64,000 nt of DNA, from positions 2,522,550 to 2,586,549 of the forward strand of contig JAUPSS010000004.1 in assembly GCA_040285825.1 (NCBI GenBank), given 5' to 3'. The translations under genes and the position numbers were made by a program. Below the pieces are notes generated by a model. That model searched no databases. It saw only the letters and a program-made list of their open reading frames with translations, and had not been told where the DNA came from. The stretch is from Eukaryota sp. TZLM1-RC. Its lineage: Eukaryota; Protista; Metamonada: BaSk clade. Below are positions 59,602-64,000 of the stretch, piece after piece; within the stretch, counting starts at the first letter, position 1; each line of letters begins with the position of its first letter.

Positions 59602-61434
59602 TTACATATTGTTGCCAGGATTGATAGCCAAGCTATGTTTCACATGTACTAGTTGGGTTACACTACCGAATTTGAAGCTCAGTGTGCCTTTTGCTGATCC
59701 TAAAGACTTTGACATGATGTTGTTTGCAGACTTAAAGTTTATGCAATGGTTTGTCTTTACCATGTTGCATTTCTCTACTAAGTCAACAGTGATGACTGAT
59801 ATCGATGCTCCAGAGTCAATGATCCCTTCTATTTCGCAATTATTTATTGAAAAATTCAATTTTAGATTTTTGCGTGCGACATCTGAGGTGCGAACCATGA
59901 AAATATCGCTGTGGGACTCTGAGTCTGGGTTCGAGTCGAACTCATAATTGAAACAAGGTTTATGTGGTGTTTCGATCGTTGTAGCTGATTTAAGATTCTG
60001 GGTAGTTAAAGGATCAGTTAAGCACTTAATCCACTGGTTGGAGACTGTGGTTTGTTTCGTTGATGTTTTACATGTTGGAGAGCTGTCGTGCTCTAGTAAA
60101 AACAATGAACATTTGCTGGAACGTTGCTTTGCTGTATTACAAGTTGGAGAGCTATCTTGCTCTACAGTCAACAGTGGATATTTATGTGAACGTTTATTAC
60201 TGCTGGAAGGACCTTTGCCTCTTCCTCTACGTCTACCTCTGCCTATACTACTACTACTACCTCTTGCCAAAGATGCTTGAACTGCATCTGGGTTGGCATC
60301 TCGCCATTGCTTGGATCGCTGGCAATCAGGGTCGGGACATTCGTTAATAGTGTGGCCTGGAATACCACAGAATCTACAGAGACCAGCTTTATCTCTTTTT
60401 TTCTTAATTTGCGACTTACTCCTTTTGCTAAGTTGAGCAGGAGCGACGCTGGAATCCGCAGGCTTAAATTTGCCTATTCGTTTCTTTTCCTTTGGATTTG
60501 CTCTAACATAGTGACCCATATGTTGTTGATAGCTATCACTGATGTTGGCCCTTTGCTCATCATTAGATTTTGCTGAACACCAACTCATGTATTCAGCAGC
60601 CAGGATGTCAACAAATTGTTGTATTGTATGGTGTTGCCAAACATTGGGTGTGGACCATACAGTTCTCAGATTGTCGCTGATGGCCTTAATACCAACAGAA
60701 TCAATCATATGGGTTGCAATTTCCCAGTTTTGAATGCGCTGTAGGAAATGTTGACCATACAAGGCACGATCGCTTGCCCTGACGTCAGAAATGGCAGTAC
60801 TTCGTGAAACTGTTCTCATTAGCCTCACAGTGAAGTCGCCCCAGCGATTCCTAAAGTCCTGAATATTGCAATTCATCTTGACTTTGTTTAACTGATTCCT
60901 CGCCGTTTCTAATGTGCTATATTGGCTGAGGTGTAAAATTGATTCCCATATTTGCTCCTCATTAATGTTGTCGAAAGCTAAGATACTATCAGACATAGTC
61001 GAAAACCTGCCTTGGGCTCTCAGAGCGGCCAAGCACTCTGGAGTAACACAGGAGGCAATCCTACGAGGGTCGACCTGAGCAGCGGCTCTGAATCGGTCCC
61101 ACTCGTGGAGGGGGTTACCATATCTTTGATCGAGAGGGAGGTTGCGGTTTTCCCTGCTGATGGATTGAGGAGTGGCAAAGGGACGAGAACGTTCCTCAAG
61201 TTGCCTTCTTAGTTCAGACACTTCTCTTGCTAGTCTGACTTGAGTAGGATCAGATTCATTGATATCTCTCTCTTCAATGGTCCTCTCGGTTCTAGCATAC
61301 AGAATAAATCTGTCGATGAATTTTAAGATCCTTACTGGGTCAGAGATATCGTTAGCTTCCAGGGTGGGTTTTCTAGGACGACCACCTTTTTGTCTATCTC
61401 TGTCTCTATCCTGTGAACTCGCCATAGCTTGCAT
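59602..61434 (-). CDS. Gag-protease ORF of Gypsy element 2 (residual open segment)
   Basis: 610-aa ORF with CCHC knuckle, RG-rich tail and aspartic protease DSG motif. Confidence 0.85.
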   Translation of the reverse strand: MQAMASSQDRDRDRQKGGRPRKPTLEANDISDPVRILKFIDRFILYARTERTIEERDINESDPTQVRLAREVSELRRQLEERSRPFATPQSISRENRNLPLDQRYGNPLHEWDRFRAAAQVDPRRIASCVTPECLAALRAQGRFSTMSDSILAFDNINEEQIWESILHLSQYSTLETARNQLNKVKMNCNIQDFRNRWGDFTVRLMRTVSRSTAISDVRASDRALYGQHFLQRIQNWEIATHMIDSVGIKAISDNLRTVWSTPNVWQHHTIQQFVDILAAEYMSWCSAKSNDEQRANISDSYQQHMGHYVRANPKEKKRIGKFKPADSSVAPAQLSKRSKSQIKKKRDKAGLCRFCGIPGHTINECPDPDCQRSKQWRDANPDAVQASLARGSSSSIGRGRRRGRGKGPSSSNKRSHKYPLLTVEQDSSPTCNTAKQRSSKCSLFLLEHDSSPTCKTSTKQTTVSNQWIKCLTDPLTTQNLKSATTIETPHKPCFNYEFDSNPDSESHSDIFMVRTSDVARKNLKLNFSINNCEIEGIIDSGASISVITVDLVEKCNMVKTNHCINFKSANNIMSKSLGSAKGTLSFKFGSVTQLVHVKHSLAINPGNNM

Positions 61435-63256
61435 CAGTAGAGTGTTAGAATACTGAGGAGCTATAGGAGTGTTAGATGGAGTTACTGCCAGGAGCCTAGG
61501 GCCCTGAGGAACCTGGGAAGGAGTTGATGGATCTTGTGATTGAACAACTACACCGGTTGTTGCACCGTCTCAGGTCTGTAGTCGCCATCGGTTCATCTTG
61601 TTGATCATCTTGAGGCTCAATGCTCAAAGATGAGAAAACAGTGTCTGTATCTACTGGGTCAGGATCAGAGGTTCTCAATTCTACTGGGTCATGACTGCTG
61701 GGATAGTAACTTTCCAAACTACCATCGATGTTAACCCATAGAAGAGAACTGGAATTGGTGACACCAATGTTCTCTTGTACATTCATAAGGGCATCCCTAA
61801 GAGGCCTATTCCTTCTGTGCTCTGGACCAAAATATGACGCGCAATGGTCTGGTCTACGATTTTGAAGGTACAATCTCTAAAAAAATTCTAAAAATTCGTA
61901 GTGTAGGTGTACCACCATCCAGTCTTGAAGTCTCTGTTGATATAAATATCTAGAGAAGCATTGTATCCAGGGCAAAACTTGGGAAAAGGACACGGATTGC
62001 ACCGGTTGAGGAAGAGATTCAGCTCATCACCAGTGAAGATCCTCTGTACACCGTCTCGAGGAGTCCTGAACCCTCCAACAGTCTCCCGTTGAGAATAATT
62101 AGGAGAAGGGTCACAACGAACCGTGAGATTGTCTACTTCCTCCGTTGCTAAGTGAGGGCCTATTCTTCTGCGGATCCTGACGCCGTGATCATTAACTACT
62201 TCTGGACCCCAAAATGGGGGTAAAGCAGCAATGAGTTCATTAGGAGGAATCCTTGCATTAACTCAATACCAGCATTAAGAACTAAGTTTTGAGCTTCAGT
62301 TCTCTGCTTAGTAGAGATAAAGCGAAAGTCTGATTCCTGAGGCTGACTTGGGGCTTAATAGGTGTTAGGCTGTGCAGCGCTAAAAACCTGCCAAGCGGCA
62401 GGAACAGAAGAAACAACGCGACCTTGCTAAGGAGTCTTGCCAGAGGTTGGAGGGATATGAATTACTCCTCTAGTAGGAAATTCCGAAGAAGGAACATATT
62501 GAGTTGAATGGACTTCTGAAGGAGCTACCGTAGTAGCAACAGAAGTATCAGGAAGACCTGCTACATGAACTTCTTGAGAAGGAGTAGTAGGATTAGGGTT
62601 ACCAGCAAAGACTGCAGGAGGAGCTGGTTGTCGCGGTGGGCTGCTTTCCATTGGCGCTTCCGTAGAAGAAGTGGAAGGGACGACAGGAGCGCAAACTATA
62701 GGTGAAGAGGGAGACTCTACCATCTTGAGCTTCAGCAGCTCAGATGTCTTGTTGCTGGCCGAGTCAGGGTCAGTCTGGTTGATAATATACTTCAGATAAT
62801 CATCTCAAGTACTGAACTGTTCAGGACCTAAAAGGAATCTTCAACCTCTCCTTCAGAAGCAGGGGGAGGAGAAAGAGGTACAAAGTTTTCCACATTAGAG
62901 GGAGGAACAGGAAGACCGATAGGAACCACAGGAACATCCGTGGATGGAATAGAACCTTGACCCGGAGGGTGAAAGGAAGTATCACTTCTCTCGCCACCAG
63001 AGGGTAGTTCTGTTCCCAACTGAGGAGTTTGGGAGGAAAAATTTGAAGCATTGGGTTGCGTGAAAGAATCTCCGGAAAGAGGAGTCGACGCAGGAGGAGG
63101 AGAAGCATTGCTTCCCTCGGACCCAGTTGTCAAGGGTTGTTCTGTACCCGACTGAGGAGTTCGGGAGGAAGAACTCGAATGGTGAGACGTAGGAGGATCA
63201 GTCCTACCAGCCTCGGATGTGTCATTGGAACCACCCAAAGGTGATGCAATACGTAT

Positions 63257-63404
63257 TGATGATCTGCGGGGGTTAGACATAGTATTCCTGAAATGTAAAG
63301 TAATTTATTACAAGGGAAAGAGGATTTGCCTTAACTTAAGCGCGTGGGCGCAATGGTACAATATACTATAAATAAACTATTATAAATATTATTCAAGGCT
63401 AACA
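63257..63404 (-). repeat. 5' LTR of Gypsy element 2 (148 bp), contains the ATG of the first ORF
   Basis: TGTTAGCC...AATAAA...ATGTCTAACCCCCGCAGATCATCA; TSD CAGG at 63405-63408. Confidence 0.93.
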
Positions 63405-64000
63405 CAGGACGAGTAAGTTGAAAGTCGAATATCTGTTATGATCTTCAACATCACATTCAGCACGAAAACTTTGTTCCTTATCACAATGACGAGATATTAG
63501 AGTGAAGCTCGAATTGTTAGACTGATTGATGAAAACCATAAGTCTGTATTCTTGACAAATGTATATGACAAGGATTCATATTTTGCACACTGCACAGAAA
63601 GTGTTTGCGACAATATAAAAAAATACTGTTTGGAAGGTAGTTCCTTGGACATTTGTTATTCACGAGGCAGGTCAGCCGTAATAAGTAAAAAGAGGAGTAA
63701 ATCATATGGATGTTATCTGGAATTTAAGTGAAGATCAAGAACATCACATGTGATGGTGATAGTTTAAGTCTATAGTTGATAAATATTCCTGCATATAGGT
63801 CTATAGAGATAGAATACAATTTCTCTGCAATCAAGCCAAGTTCAAGTCATATGATGCTATCTTCATCGTCATTGGTGTTTGTTGTTAGTTATTATGATGA
63901 AGTAATTAACCAATTCCTTGATACATTGAGTACTATTTCTGTAAGAAATGATCAAACGATGAAGTTGGATGATGTATCAAGAGGCTGTTTCGATTTAAGT

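Larger units (their letters stand above)
56152..63404 (-). mobile_element. Ty3/Gypsy LTR retrotransposon 2 with chromodomain-like tail; complete, frameshifted
   Basis: LTRs at 56152-56310 and 63257-63404; TG...CA ends; 4-bp TSD CAGG; PPT-like AGAAGAAAGG; gag knuckle CRFCGIPGHTINEC, PR IDSGAS, RT FIYIDD, RNase H ELYAI/TDHRN, INT DVIGP/SDNGP, GPF, chromo-like HVIQKVL...YCQVQWPG. Confidence 0.96.

Overview
AT-rich eukaryotic nuclear DNA from a flagellated protist. DNAAF4 implies cilia, and the 29-31 nt introns with a fixed branch-point-to-AG distance are metamonad-like, but the taxon is an inference. Short islands of tightly packed housekeeping genes (MED10, AMPK-beta, Cet1-type RNA triphosphatase, malic enzyme, RLP7/uL30-like, proteasome alpha2, cystatin, DNAAF4) and lineage-expanded genes (two RCC1+LRR proteins, a RING/B-box protein, a BTB protein, a TKL kinase with coiled coil) are interleaved with roughly half a window of decayed mobile DNA. 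The mobile DNA comprises about nine 5'-truncated CRE-like RLE non-LTR retrotransposon copies, two complete but degenerate chromodomain-bearing Ty3/Gypsy elements, a partial Gypsy copy, a solo LTR, a MULE nested in an LTR, hAT and LINE remnants, and a degenerate Fanzor1 (eukaryotic TnpB homologue) with a candidate omegaRNA. Most striking: (i) all three LTR-internal junctions lack a tRNA primer-binding site and instead carry a CAAT-N4-ATTG palindrome, with a compensatory CG/GC swap between two related copies, suggesting tRNA-independent priming; (ii) the Fanzor relic; (iii) one uncharacterised C-terminal domain shared by a TRIM-like and a BTB ubiquitin-ligase adaptor.
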